64,000 nt of DNA, taken from a virus (Duplodnaviria > Caudoviricetes). Of this stretch, positions 46,801-56,432 are shown piece after piece. The notes under the pieces were generated by a model. That model was given only the letters and a program-made list of their open reading frames with translations, was not told the DNA's origin and searched no databases. The stretch is taken from positions 32,001 through 96,000 of the IMG/VR virus record IMGVR_UViG_3300030376_003987; one strand, written 5' to 3'. Made by a program: the position numbers and the translations under genes. Every line of letters begins with the position of its first letter. The stretch's first letter is position 1.

Positions 46801-49800
46801 CTATTTCCACTAGTGCCAGATGTACCTGAGGTACCATCTTCTCCACTAGATCCACTAGATCCTGATGTGCCTGAGGTTCCTGTTGTACCGCTAGTACCAT
46901 CTTCTCCACTTGTTCCAGAAGTTCCACTGTTTCCACTAGTACCAGAAGTTCCACTTGTACCATCGTTTCCATCATTACCTGATGTACCTGACGTACCACT
47001 AGTTCCACTGCTTCCACTATCTCCACTAGTACCAGAGGTACCTGTTGTACCAGATGTACCAGATGTAGCGCTTGTACCAGAAGTTCCACTAGTGCCAGAG
47101 GTACCACTTGTTCCACTAGTACCATTGTCACCATCGTTTCCAGATGTACCACTTGAACCACTAGAACCACTTGTACCGTTTATACCATCTTCTCCAGATG
47201 ATCCACTTGTACCACTTGTTCCTGATGTTGCACTTGAACCAGAACTTCCACTTGTTCCTGATGTACCACTGGTCCCATCATCACCATCAATTCCAGATGT
47301 TCCACTTGTACCTGTAGTTCCAGATGTACCAGAAGTACCAGCATCTCCATCAACTCCACTTGTACCAGATGTTCCACTGCTACCTGGGTTACCGTCATTT
47401 CCACTCGTACCTGAGGTACCACTAGTACCTGTTGTACCAGAAGTGGCTGATGTACCACTGGATCCACTTGTTCCACTAGTTGCACTAGACCCACTTGTAC
47501 CAGAAGTACCAGATGTTCCAGTGTTACCACTAGATCCTGAAGTACCACTACTACCGTCCCCACCAGTTGCACCATCTAAATTTATCTCCCAAGATGTGTA
47601 AGTTCCACTACCAACTGTTCTTGTAGGAGAGCCAAAACATAACTCACCTGTAGTACTATTGTATGAGACAACTTCACATTCTTGATAATTACTACTGTCA
47701 TATGCTATTATAATAGACTGAGCTGTAGTGTAGGCTAGATCTGTATCAACATCTATACATCCACTATTACCTAAGGTAAATGAATCTGAAGATGTAGTAG
47801 CATAAAGATCTCCTCTTTCACCTGAAGTTCCAGACGTACCAGAGGTTGCACTTGATCCACTTGTTCCGCTAGTACCAGTCGTTCCACTAGTACCACTCGT
47901 TCCAGTTGTCCCTGATGTACCTGATGTTCCACTAGTCCCTTCAACAGTTATACCACTTGTACCACTTGTACCAGATGAGCCATCTGTTCCTGTAGTACCA
48001 CTTGTTCCAGCACTACCTGCTGTACCAGAAGTACCTGATGTACCTGCTGTACCAGAGGTACCAGCATCACCAGTTAAACCTGAAGAACCGCTTGAGCCTG
48101 ATGTACCACTAGTAGCACTTGAACCTGAAGAACCTGACGTACCAGATGAACCTGATGTACCATCATCACCTGATGATCCGCTAGTTCCTGCTGTAGCACT
48201 CGTTCCACTAGTACCTGTTGTGCCTGAAGTTCCACTAGTTCCTGCTGTACCACTTGTTGCAGATGTACCGCTTGTTCCACTAGTAGCAGATGTTCCAGAC
48301 GTACCACTAGTACCTGTAGTACCAGCTGTTCCACTTGTTCCATCTTCTCCTGAACTACCAGCTGTTCCACTCGTACCACTTGATCCACTTAATCCACTGC
48401 TTCCAGAAGAACCACTTGTTCCTGAGGTTCCATCATCCCCACTACTACCAGATGTACCTGTAGTACCACTCGTTCCAGAGGTGCCACTTGTACCTGTTGT
48501 ACCAGCAGTTCCAGACGTACCACTTGTACCATCTGCTGCAGAGGTTCCAGAAGTTCCAGAAGTTCCACTGCTACCAGAGGTTCCTGTAGTCCCACTAGTT
48601 CCACTTGTTCCAGTCGTTCCTGATGTACCATCTACACCTGTAGTACCTGAGGTACCTGATGTTCCTGAAGATCCATCACCACCTGTGGCTCCATCTAAAT
48701 TAACTTCCCATGAAGTATATGTTCCTGATCCTACAGTTCTTGTAGGTGATGCAAAGCAAAGTTCTCCAGTGGTAGAATTGTAAGAAACAACCTCGCACTC
48801 TTGATAGTTACTTGCATCATAAGCTATTATTATTGATTGTGCAGTTGTATATGCCAATCCTGTATCTACATCAATACATCCTGAGTTACCCAATGTAAAG
48901 GAGTCTGATGAAGTTGTTGCATAAAAGTCTCCATCTGATCCACTTGTTCCTGAAGTACCGCTAGTACCTGAGGTGCCAGTTGTTCCTGACGTTCCACTAG
49001 TACCATCTATAGCACTTGTACCACTTGACCCAGAGGTTCCTGTTGTACCACTTGTGCCACTTGACCCATCTAATCCTGAAGAACCAGAGGTTCCAGAGGT
49101 TCCTGAAGTTGCACTAGATCCAGACGTACCACTAGTACCAGAAGTACCATCTGTAGCGCTTGTACCTGATGTACCAGATGTGCCACTTGAGCCAGACGTT
49201 CCTGAGCTTCCTGAACATAGACCATTAAGATTTACACTACCTCCATTACTAATTGTAGGTGTTTGTCTTGCACAAATATCAATACCTGTTCCTTCTGTTA
49301 CAGTTACAAATCCATTTGAACCATCACAGTAGTTTACTCCTGCCAAACAGTCTCCACCTCCAGATGGACATGTAACATTATAACTATTACACGATTCTCC
49401 ACTTGTGCCACTAGTACCACTAGTTCCATCTTGTGCAGATGTACCAGATGTACCAGACGTTCCTGAGGTCCCTGTTGTTCCACTAGTGCCAGAAGTTCCA
49501 GCTGTTGCTGATGTACCACTAGTACCACTCGTTGCAGAAGTACCAGAAGTTCCTGATGTTGCACTTGTTCCTGAGGTTCCTGATGTGGATCCTACAGCTA
49601 CACCAACTTGTACAGTGTTAAACACTACAGAAGGTGCAGCAGGTTTTGAATAAGGAACTGATGTGCTTGAGAGAGCATCTAATTGAACATTCGCATTACT
49701 TGATGCTATATATAACTCTAAGTAATCTTGAGAGTCTAGATTAACTATATATGATATATATGGTATATCAATTGCATCTTGGTGATGTAAAGAATGAATT

Positions 49801-51116
49801 CTGTCTTTTCTTATAAAGTCTGTACCATTCTTTCTCAACCATATATCTATCTCTGTATGTCCAGACCCTGATGTTTTCTCCATTTGTAGAGAATATCCTA
49901 CTTCGTATATACCAGCATGAGGATATCTCACTTGCTGATTGAAGTCTAACACAATACCATTTGCCAACTCTACAGTATTAAATGTAATAGCTGTAGGTGT
50001 GTTAGCTGCAGATACTGCTTGTGTTGTATTATCAGAGAAACTTGCATACCAGTTAGCAATAGCTGCTCCTGAAGAACCGTCTACACCACTTGTTCCTGCA
50101 GAACCTGAAGTCCCTGTTGTTCCAGCAGTACCACTGGTTCCACTTGAACCGCTAGTTCCTGTTGTTCCAGATGTACCTGAGCTACCTGCCGTACCACTTG
50201 TACCAGTAGTACCAGACGTTCCTGGAGTACCAGATGTTCCAGCTGTACCAGATGTTCCAGTTGTTCCTGATGAACCACTTGTACCTGTTGTACCACTTGT
50301 GCCTGTTGTACCACTAGTTCCGCTTGTACCAGTTGTACCTGAAGAGCCAGATGTTCCTGTTGTCCCACTAGTACCACTAGTACCATGTGAACCATCACCA
50401 CCTGTAGCACCGTCTAGGTTTATATCCCAAGTACAATAATTACCACTTCCCACAGTACGTGTTGGAGCAGCAAAACATAAAGAACCTGTTGCTGGATTAT
50501 AAGATAATACCTCACATTCTTGGTAATTGTTAGCATCGTGAGCTATTATAATTGATTGAGCAACCGTGTAAGCTAACCCTGTATCAACAAATAAACAACC
50601 TGACTGTCCTAACGTAAAACAATCTGTTGATGATGTTGCGTACTTATCTCCTTGATCTCCAGATGTTCCACTAGTGCCACTAGTGCCACTCGTACCTGTT
50701 GTACCAGAACTACCTGAAGTACCAGTTGTACCGCTCGTACCAGTTGTTCCACTTGAGCCACTTGTACCACTCGAACCACTAGTTCCAGTTGAGCCAGACG
50801 TACCACTTGTACCACTACTTCCTGAAGAACCGCTTGTCCCTGATGAGCCAGAGGTACCTGTTGTACCAGACGTTCCACTAGAACCAGATGAACCAGATGT
50901 ACCACTAGTTCCTGCAGTGCCAGAGGTACCAGAGGTACCGCTAGTACCATCAATACCTGAACCTTTACATAATGCATCATTAATATTTTGTAATGCTTGT
51001 TCTAAGGTTTGGTTGGTGTTGACTTTAGCGCATACTAAATTAGGTCCTTCGTAAAAGACGCATGCACTACTTAGTCTTGTTTTGCAGGGATCTGCTGCAC
51101 AAATTAACTTACTCAT
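43881..51116 (-). CDS. Giant (Gly-Thr-Ser)n collagen-like fibre / tail-fibre protein (2411 aa)
   Basis: GTS/GSS/GTT triplet runs separated by globular modules (three copies of a YATTS...GATGGDG module, a C1q/BclA-like domain); C-terminal [10 protein letters not shown] fibre motif. Confidence 0.85.
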   Translation of the reverse strand: MSKLICAADPCKTRLSSACVFYEGPNLVCAKVNTNQTLEQALQNINDALCKGSGIDGTSGTSGTSGTAGTSGTSGSSGSSGTSGTTGTSGSSGTSGSSGSSGTSGTSGSTGTSGSSGTSGSSGTTGTSGTTGTSGSSGTTGTSGTSGTSGTSGDQGDKYATSSTDCFTLGQSGCLFVDTGLAYTVAQSIIIAHDANNYQECEVLSYNPATGSLCFAAPTRTVGSGNYCTWDINLDGATGGDGSHGTSGTSGTTGTSGSSGTTGTSGTSGTTGTSGTTGTSGSSGTTGTSGTAGTSGTPGTSGTTGTSGTAGSSGTSGTTGTSGSSGTSGTAGTTGTSGSAGTSGVDGSSGAAIANWYASFSDNTTQAVSAANTPTAITFNTVELANGIVLDFNQQVRYPHAGIYEVGYSLQMEKTSGSGHTEIDIWLRKNGTDFIRKDRIHSLHHQDAIDIPYISYIVNLDSQDYLELYIASSNANVQLDALSSTSVPYSKPAAPSVVFNTVQVGVAVGSTSGTSGTSATSGTSGTSATSGTSGTSATAGTSGTSGTTGTSGTSGTSGTSAQDGTSGTSGTSGESCNSYNVTCPSGGGDCLAGVNYCDGSNGFVTVTEGTGIDICARQTPTISNGGSVNLNGLCSGSSGTSGSSGTSGTSGTSATDGTSGTSGTSGSSATSGTSGTSGSSGLDGSSGTSGTTGTSGSSGTSAIDGTSGTSGTTGTSGTSGTSGTSGSDGDFYATTSSDSFTLGNSGCIDVDTGLAYTTAQSIIIAYDASNYQECEVVSYNSTTGELCFASPTRTVGSGTYTSWEVNLDGATGGDGSSGTSGTSGTTGVDGTSGTTGTSGTSGTTGTSGSSGTSGTSGTSAADGTSGTSGTAGTTGTSGTSGTSGTTGTSGSSGDDGTSGTSGSSGSSGLSGSSGTSGTAGSSGEDGTSGTAGTTGTSGTSGTSATSGTSGTSATSGTAGTSGTSGTTGTSGTSATAGTSGSSGDDGTSGSSGTSGSSGSSATSGTSGSSGSSGLTGDAGTSGTAGTSGTSGTAGSAGTSGTTGTDGSSGTSGTSGITVEGTSGTSGTSGTTGTSGTSGTTGTSGTSGSSATSGTSGTSGERGDLYATTSSDSFTLGNSGCIDVDTDLAYTTAQSIIIAYDSSNYQECEVVSYNSTTGELCFGSPTRTVGSGTYTSWEINLDGATGGDGSSGTSGSSGNTGTSGTSGTSGSSATSGTSGSSGTSATSGTTGTSGTSGTSGNDGNPGSSGTSGTSGVDGDAGTSGTSGTTGTSGTSGIDGDDGTSGTSGTSGSSGSSATSGTSGTSGSSGEDGINGTSGSSGSSGTSGNDGDNGTSGTSGTSGTSGTSGTSATSGTSGTTGTSGTSGDSGSSGTSGTSGTSGNDGNDGTSGTSGTSGNSGTSGTSGEDGTSGTTGTSGTSGSSGSSGEDGTSGTSGTSGNSGSSGTSGTTGTSGSSGSSGIDGDNGTSGTSGTSGNSGTSGTSGDDGTSGTTGTSGTSGSSGSSGNSGSSGTSGTSGSSGSSGNDGSFGGACFDYVYNGQASTITSDPGSGKIELRYTTNQASSSRLDISTLDDQGEDIESFYDALAAGTSAVLGHVRISDQNDATEFVLFAITSTAQPGSNWYSMSLTPVAASENNPLSTNDDVAVCFVVTGDKGDPGSSGTSGTAGSSGSSGNSGSSGTSGTSGTSGSSGDDGTSGTSGTSGNSGTSGTSGDDGTSGTSGNSGTSGTSGNSGTSGTTGTSGTSGSSGNSGSSGTSGTSGTSGSSGDDGTSGTSGTSGNSGTSGTSGDDGGDGTSGTSGTSGDDGGDGTSGTSGTSGTSGTSGTAGTAGTSGTTGTSGTTGTSGTSGSSVTVSGTTNRLVKFTSGSTIGNSNNSDNGSTTSVGQNFEVSDGLGGGQSLYISPTTGAFSIGDIDGVADEFYVTGTGSTLSMVANGSEKLHINNTGQVIVNGTTAVSSGFEFNVNGEIYGSTVYIGNGTNNFIGTYSTNMLVYAQTGAQINLGGGIGSRQNDVVVGNGYLTVVNSAAAGAFGVNQFVPSTTMLYGAAPDATIQGHNTNNGGVLTLFNSDTSISANQKLGILQWAGKDDQSSGGYTMGQIICEAYSDPASGTNGGGNLKFLTAPTGLGATPATRMTIDWLGRVGIGTTGPANKLEVAGDTYLLGNFYSGKTGTVGTSNMIDAKVAGTSNGDALIKIGDVNDYWGGTNNYSQWNTTDKTLIHGVDVGINIDPKNMLHLFKGNLYLESSGIRDANGDYGAAGQNLKSKGQGVVEWSWEKMTLTSVFYASSFTSGSIIYMPMGGTTSETTSNQYYNNFVAPYNGRVRSIRIKYISGPTPTATLFSSFRVYVNGSLSSSQTPLTTGGGTTSMMGLYVYSDTDATFSAGDRVQFAYVASGSTGHIYGATATFIIEYTQNG
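45575..50945 (-). repeat. Degenerate 9-nt coding repeats (Gly-Thr-Ser)
   Basis: accactagt/accagatgt/tcctgaagt variants in long arrays. Confidence 0.9.
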
Positions 51117-51131
51117 CTGGAAATTATTTTT

Positions 51132-51557
51132 TTAGTGTACTATTTTCAGGATGTCTCCTGTTCTGTATATTGATCCTATTTCTGCTCCAGAAAACAATGC
51201 TTCAGCATTATTAGAATATTCAGGAACTCCTTCTAAAGGAGCTGAAAGAAGTCTAGCATAATCAGAACTAGTTCCAGCAGATTTTGCATAATAAACTAGA
51301 CTAGTATTACCATCAACATAAAGTTTTCCTACATAAGGTGCAGGAGATTGTGCATTTGCTGGAGGGTTTGATGGAGAGGGTGCATCAGGTACACCAGCTC
51401 CTGTTAAAGGAACTAGATTGTTATTAACATTGTTTAATATTGATTGTAAATCATCTCCTGGATTCACAACAATATTTGTAAGGTAGGGGCCATTGTATAT
51501 AATGCATTCAGCATTTTGATACACAGCGCACGTTGGGCAAATTTCAGCGGTTCTCAT
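51132..51557 (-). CDS. Small virion fibre-type protein sharing the N-terminal anchor of the giant fibre
   Basis: CIIYNGPYL...LQSILNNVN vs CVFYEGPNL...LEQALQNIN. Confidence 0.7.
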   Translation of the reverse strand: MRTAEICPTCAVYQNAECIIYNGPYLTNIVVNPGDDLQSILNNVNNNLVPLTGAGVPDAPSPSNPPANAQSPAPYVGKLYVDGNTSLVYYAKSAGTSSDYARLLSAPLEGVPEYSNNAEALFSGAEIGSIYRTGDILKIVH

Positions 51558-51562
51558 AATTA

Positions 51563-51570
51563 CAAAGTTA
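51563..51570 (-). promoter_or_regulatory. -7 box TAACTTTG for the fibre operon
   Basis: caaagtta just upstream of ATG 51557. Confidence 0.5.
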
Positions 51571-51626
51571 TGTTTTATATATGTGTTTTAAAAATTGTTA
51601 TAAAAATATAGGGTTATAATATAGCG

Positions 51627-54600
51627 TTACCTAACCCTTTTTGGAATTGTTACATCAAATTCCTTAGCAAAGTCTTCATCAAACATTGCAAGATAGTTCA
51701 CAAATGATTTAGCAAGTGGGAACATCTTCATTAGGTTTTTAGTTGGCTGAGCATCCTTTCTAACCTCATCAACTGTCTTGCCTGGATTACTAATATCAAA
51801 TCCTGTAATCTCTTTAGCAGTGTGACCAGCAAATCTATTTATGTCTTTTAGTAGTCCAAGAAGAGGCATACCAGCATCAAGTGTGTTCGCCATTTCTGAT
51901 GGGTTGTAGAAGAACAGAAGCTCACTAATAAACTTGTCTACAACTCTTTGGTTAAATCTAAGAAAGTTTTTTCTAGCTTTGTCATCATCATCATCTGGAG
52001 CAATAGCACCAACAATAAATGATATAGCAAGCATGTTAAGCAGTATAACAAGTTCCTTAACTTGGTTACGCAGGTTAGTCTGTATCATATCAGCAAACTC
52101 TTCTTTTGTAAGATTTGCTTGTACACCATTATTTTGAAAGTATTGATCTGTATATTTTTCATACAGCTCATCAAGCTTTTTTAATCCTTGCTCGTTACCT
52201 TTTAGAATGTTTGTTATATTCAAACTTCTATCTCTGATACTTTCTAACAAAAGTCCACCCCATAATCTCACTCTACCTACATCATAACGTTCTCCAGTAG
52301 TCACACCATCTTCACCTATCTCTACATTAAAGTCATCAGCCACCTTTCTAAACTCACCAAAACGTGTATCAACAAGTTTAGGAATCCATCCTTTAAACAC
52401 CATTAAAGAACGAGTCCAAACATTCATGTTTATTCTTAGGTTATCAAATTCTGTTTGACCACCAGTAGCAGTTCTAGCAAGTGTTCTAGCTATGTTAGTG
52501 AGTCGTTGTAGTTCTTGTCTATTGTTTAGATCTAGTCCTGGTACAACAAGCTTGCCATCTTCTAGTTTCTTTGTAGCATTGATAGATCTTGTTTTCTGTA
52601 ACTCTGCAATCTCTTCGTTAATCTTAGGATTGAGTGTTCTATATTCTTCAGCGCTGTTATATCTTGCTTTGTATTTGTTCTTTACAAAGTCTCTAATATT
52701 TACAAGTCTACCATCTTCCACCATCATATTGTCTAGCAAAGCCATGAATATAGACTTCTCTAAATGTTGTTCAGGTTGTCTAAAGAATACAAACAATAAA
52801 TCAGAAAAGTTCTTGTCTGTAAGACTTGACATACCAGACTCTACTAACTTATCATAAGTGGGGTCATCTTTCAGAGGCATGAACTTATCAATAAGCTGAA
52901 TGAACATTTTTCTTTCATCATCATTCTTAAACTTATTTCCAAGTAATTTAGCTTCATACTTTGCCACCTCTCTAGCTTTAAAATACTTACCTGCCTGTGC
53001 AGATACCTGTATGTTACCACCAAAGATGTTTACAGCACCAGATATGAATTCAAAACCTAATGACTTCATCTGAGTATATCTATTCATGAAGTCCATAGTT
53101 TTTTGTAGAGAAACAACTGTATCTTCTTCATTAACAATCTCTCTACCAAATACTTTATTTATTCCTCTTCCTAGTGCTATATCTGTATCATCTGCAGCAT
53201 ATTTTTTTCCATATAAGACATTGTTAAAAAAGTCATCAATAATTTTTATGTTTTGGGTATTACCTGCCTCAAGTTGCACTCTACCATCTGATATAACAGC
53301 ATTGCCAAATCTACCTGTCTTAATGTTTTTCTTAAACTGCTGTACAGTTTTAGCAAGAAGAAGTTGGTCTTCCACTTCAGTTAGATACTTATACTTGTTC
53401 ATGTGATTAGTATAGAGTATAAGATTCTTAAATAAATCTAAGCTAACATCAGAATAGTCATTAGTACCATCTTCTTTTGTTTTACTAAAGTCACTAGTGT
53501 AATATTTAGGTATAGAGTTTTCTAGTTCATTTGTAAGTTCGTTTATAGATCCATACCCTACGTCATCAGCTCTAGCTTTTAGATTACCAAATGTATTTGA
53601 TACAGACCCTAAAGAACCATCCCAAGCAATACTCTCTGCCATACTCTTTCTAACGAATGGTAGGAATGTAGAACGTACAGCATTGTCTATATATCCAATC
53701 TCTGTAGCTTTATCATTCATCTTAGAGATCCAGTTGTATAATTCAAAGAGTTCAGGATCTTTTTTAAGATCTACATATTCTTTACTCTGCCATTTCTCTT
53801 GTGGATGTCTTTTAATTACGTAGTTATTCCAACCATTAAAGTCACGTCTGTTTACATCCCATTTTCTTTGCTCTTCTAGTATAAGTTTTTCTTTTAGAGC
53901 ACCTTCCTCATATGTTTTATTTATACGACTAAGTCTTTGCTTAAGTATTTTAGTAGCCTCTTTATTATAAGCTTTTAAATCAACATTATCTTTAAGCCAT
54001 TGTTTACTTCTTGCACCCTCTTGAGCATTTGCATCTACTTGCTCATAAAATGCCTTCTGATACTTATATATAAGTTTGTTTACAATACCACCCTCAGTAT
54101 CTTTTTGATACACCTTTAATACCAAGTCTCTTAAGTTACCACCTCTAGCTTTTAACTTTTCTTGTATTGCAACAAGTTCATTGACCTCTTGTAATGATTC
54201 TTCTTGAGCAAGACCCATAGCACGGTTTGCCATCTTATACAAAAGATCTGTAGCTGCTAGTCCTACATCTGATAATCCTCTAAAGAGTGACCGTAGTCCT
54301 TTTACAACTCTTTCTGGAGACATAAGTCCTGTTACAAGGTTGCGTTCTCCTATAAACTTATCAGAGAACTCACCAGCAATCTTTATAATCTTTGTTCTTG
54401 ACTTACGAATAGATTCTGATTGATCTCTAAGTTTGTCAAGAAGTTCTTTTCTTTGAGCTAAAGACTGTTTATCTTCTTCTGTGATAGCATCTTGCTCCAT
54501 TTCTTTAGTGTAAATTAAATCACCAATGTTATCAGTGAGTTCACCAAACACTGCAGAAGAAGCAATGTACTCTCTCATATTTGCTGAGAAATCAGATAAC

Positions 54601-56432
54601 TGTACGTCTGTTAGGTCTTTATCATCTGCTGGTCTACCTTCGTATGCACTTTGATATTCTGCAATTATGTTTGACCCCTCTCGTTCCATAACAGAGATTG
54701 CATCAATCAGTGGTCCAATGTTTTGGTTACCTCGTAAAGATCGTATTGCTTTGTTTAAGATGTTTAGTCGCTCCACCTTAAACTTTCTTTCTTCTTCGTT
54801 TGTTGCAGTTTTCTTTGAGAGCTGAGCTTGTACAGCATTCAACTGTCTAATTACATCATCAAGAACTTCTACGCCTGTAGTTTCTGATTCTTCTGATACA
54901 GGTGTGAGTGTAAGCTTATCTATCTTATTTGGATCTACAGAACCAATCTCTATACCTTTTATCTCTAACTTGCTAGTTGGGTCTTGAAAGTTTTGTCTCT
55001 TAAGATCCATGATGATTGGAACAGCTCTGTTCTTACCAACTTGTTTTACACCATAGTTGTCAAGTAATATCTTTTTGTATGTACCAAGCTGTATACCATA
55101 TGCCCCTTGCTTATACCAAGCAACATCTTCAGCACCTTTTGCAACACTCATAAACTTCCAGTCATAAATGTTTGCTGTACCATCTTCTTCAACAATCAAC
55201 AAGTCAATTGTACCTGCCTCTTTGTTTTTAGGATCATACACTTGTAGTTCAGAGAATACTAATGGGTTCTTACCATTCTCTGAGAACGATGCAATAAGAT
55301 CAGTGTAGTAAGTCTCTAGCTTGTCATACACTTGATTATTTAGACTACCTTGTATATTAGGACGTGGTCCTGGGTTTTCTCTTCTAGTACCATCTTCATT
55401 AAAGAATCTAGCATGTGCCTCTTCAAAGTAGTTGTGGTATTGTGTACCTAATACACGCTTCACTTCATTATCTTTCTGTTCCTGAGCAGTGAATCTCTTA
55501 TCACCAAATCGTGATCTATACCAAGCTTTCACTCTATCAGTTACCCTTTTGGTAATCCTTACATACTTACCATCAACAAGAAGTTCGTAGTAACTTGTAG
55601 CTTTTTCCTCATCTAGTAATAGAGGATCTGCTTTTTCATTAGTTTCTATCTTTCTTAAAGAAGCTCTAGTGTCTTCCACCTTTCTCTGGAAGTCTTTCTG
55701 TTTATCTGTAAGTTGGTAATATATTTCTTTACTGTCTAAGTCAACAATACTTCCTTCAAACTCACCACCTATTACTGTCTCAGCAGTTTCAGAGAACACA
55801 TTAATGTTTGCTCTCTTGTATTGTCCTCTAAACCAGTCAGTTATCATGTCCCACATTCTTCTAAATATAGACTGGTCAGCTTCCTCTAGTGACACAGTTG
55901 TATCACCTAGAATAATAGCTGTGATCATTTTATCTACAGCTTCCTTCTTTATCTTACGAATGTTTGGTTTACCGTTTTCTAGTTGGTATGCAGGAATATC
56001 TTTGTAAGCTTGTAATACATCCTTATACATCTTAAACCTACCTATCTTAGATATCATCTCTGTAACGAGCTCAGGATTACGTTGCTCAATAATAGCTGTA
56101 GCAATGTGCACCATCTCTTCTGTAAGTGTGTTCTCATCTGCTTTAGCTTCAGAAATAGCAATAACCCCAGCAGCTAAATCAGCTACAGCGTTAACAGAAG
56201 ACTCATCAATAGTAGGATTTTCTTTTGCATATTCAGTTAGGTCTTTTACATTAACACCCATCTTATCAATTACCTGTTTCACCTTTGAAATAATCTCAGG
56301 AGATGTGTCACGCATTTCTTTTGAAGGAACTTCACCATTATACTTATCCCATATGAAATAAGCCATATCTTCTCCTCTGGAAACTACTAATGATTTCCAC
56401 TGTGGTAAGTTTATGTTAGGACATGTTGCCAT
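51627..56432 (-). CDS. Large virion cargo/ejection protein with a PD-(D/E)xK nuclease-like domain
   Basis: MATCPNIN start; EAGTIDLLIV...IYDWKF...QLGTY; next to the vRNAP as in crAss-like phages. Confidence 0.7.
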   Translation of the reverse strand: MATCPNINLPQWKSLVVSRGEDMAYFIWDKYNGEVPSKEMRDTSPEIISKVKQVIDKMGVNVKDLTEYAKENPTIDESSVNAVADLAAGVIAISEAKADENTLTEEMVHIATAIIEQRNPELVTEMISKIGRFKMYKDVLQAYKDIPAYQLENGKPNIRKIKKEAVDKMITAIILGDTTVSLEEADQSIFRRMWDMITDWFRGQYKRANINVFSETAETVIGGEFEGSIVDLDSKEIYYQLTDKQKDFQRKVEDTRASLRKIETNEKADPLLLDEEKATSYYELLVDGKYVRITKRVTDRVKAWYRSRFGDKRFTAQEQKDNEVKRVLGTQYHNYFEEAHARFFNEDGTRRENPGPRPNIQGSLNNQVYDKLETYYTDLIASFSENGKNPLVFSELQVYDPKNKEAGTIDLLIVEEDGTANIYDWKFMSVAKGAEDVAWYKQGAYGIQLGTYKKILLDNYGVKQVGKNRAVPIIMDLKRQNFQDPTSKLEIKGIEIGSVDPNKIDKLTLTPVSEESETTGVEVLDDVIRQLNAVQAQLSKKTATNEEERKFKVERLNILNKAIRSLRGNQNIGPLIDAISVMEREGSNIIAEYQSAYEGRPADDKDLTDVQLSDFSANMREYIASSAVFGELTDNIGDLIYTKEMEQDAITEEDKQSLAQRKELLDKLRDQSESIRKSRTKIIKIAGEFSDKFIGERNLVTGLMSPERVVKGLRSLFRGLSDVGLAATDLLYKMANRAMGLAQEESLQEVNELVAIQEKLKARGGNLRDLVLKVYQKDTEGGIVNKLIYKYQKAFYEQVDANAQEGARSKQWLKDNVDLKAYNKEATKILKQRLSRINKTYEEGALKEKLILEEQRKWDVNRRDFNGWNNYVIKRHPQEKWQSKEYVDLKKDPELFELYNWISKMNDKATEIGYIDNAVRSTFLPFVRKSMAESIAWDGSLGSVSNTFGNLKARADDVGYGSINELTNELENSIPKYYTSDFSKTKEDGTNDYSDVSLDLFKNLILYTNHMNKYKYLTEVEDQLLLAKTVQQFKKNIKTGRFGNAVISDGRVQLEAGNTQNIKIIDDFFNNVLYGKKYAADDTDIALGRGINKVFGREIVNEEDTVVSLQKTMDFMNRYTQMKSLGFEFISGAVNIFGGNIQVSAQAGKYFKAREVAKYEAKLLGNKFKNDDERKMFIQLIDKFMPLKDDPTYDKLVESGMSSLTDKNFSDLLFVFFRQPEQHLEKSIFMALLDNMMVEDGRLVNIRDFVKNKYKARYNSAEEYRTLNPKINEEIAELQKTRSINATKKLEDGKLVVPGLDLNNRQELQRLTNIARTLARTATGGQTEFDNLRINMNVWTRSLMVFKGWIPKLVDTRFGEFRKVADDFNVEIGEDGVTTGERYDVGRVRLWGGLLLESIRDRSLNITNILKGNEQGLKKLDELYEKYTDQYFQNNGVQANLTKEEFADMIQTNLRNQVKELVILLNMLAISFIVGAIAPDDDDDKARKNFLRFNQRVVDKFISELLFFYNPSEMANTLDAGMPLLGLLKDINRFAGHTAKEITGFDISNPGKTVDEVRKDAQPTKNLMKMFPLAKSFVNYLAMFDEDFAKEFDVTIPKRVR

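Noticed and set aside
45575-50945. Possible CRISPR array or satellite DNA
   Set aside because: The repeats are degenerate in-frame 9-mers with no unique spacers and no cas genes.
45502-51054. Many plus-strand Pro/Val-rich ORFs and alternative-frame minus ORFs (VVQVEL...)
   Set aside because: They are shadows of the GTS repeat, whose codons rarely create stops in other frames, and there are no independent expression signals.
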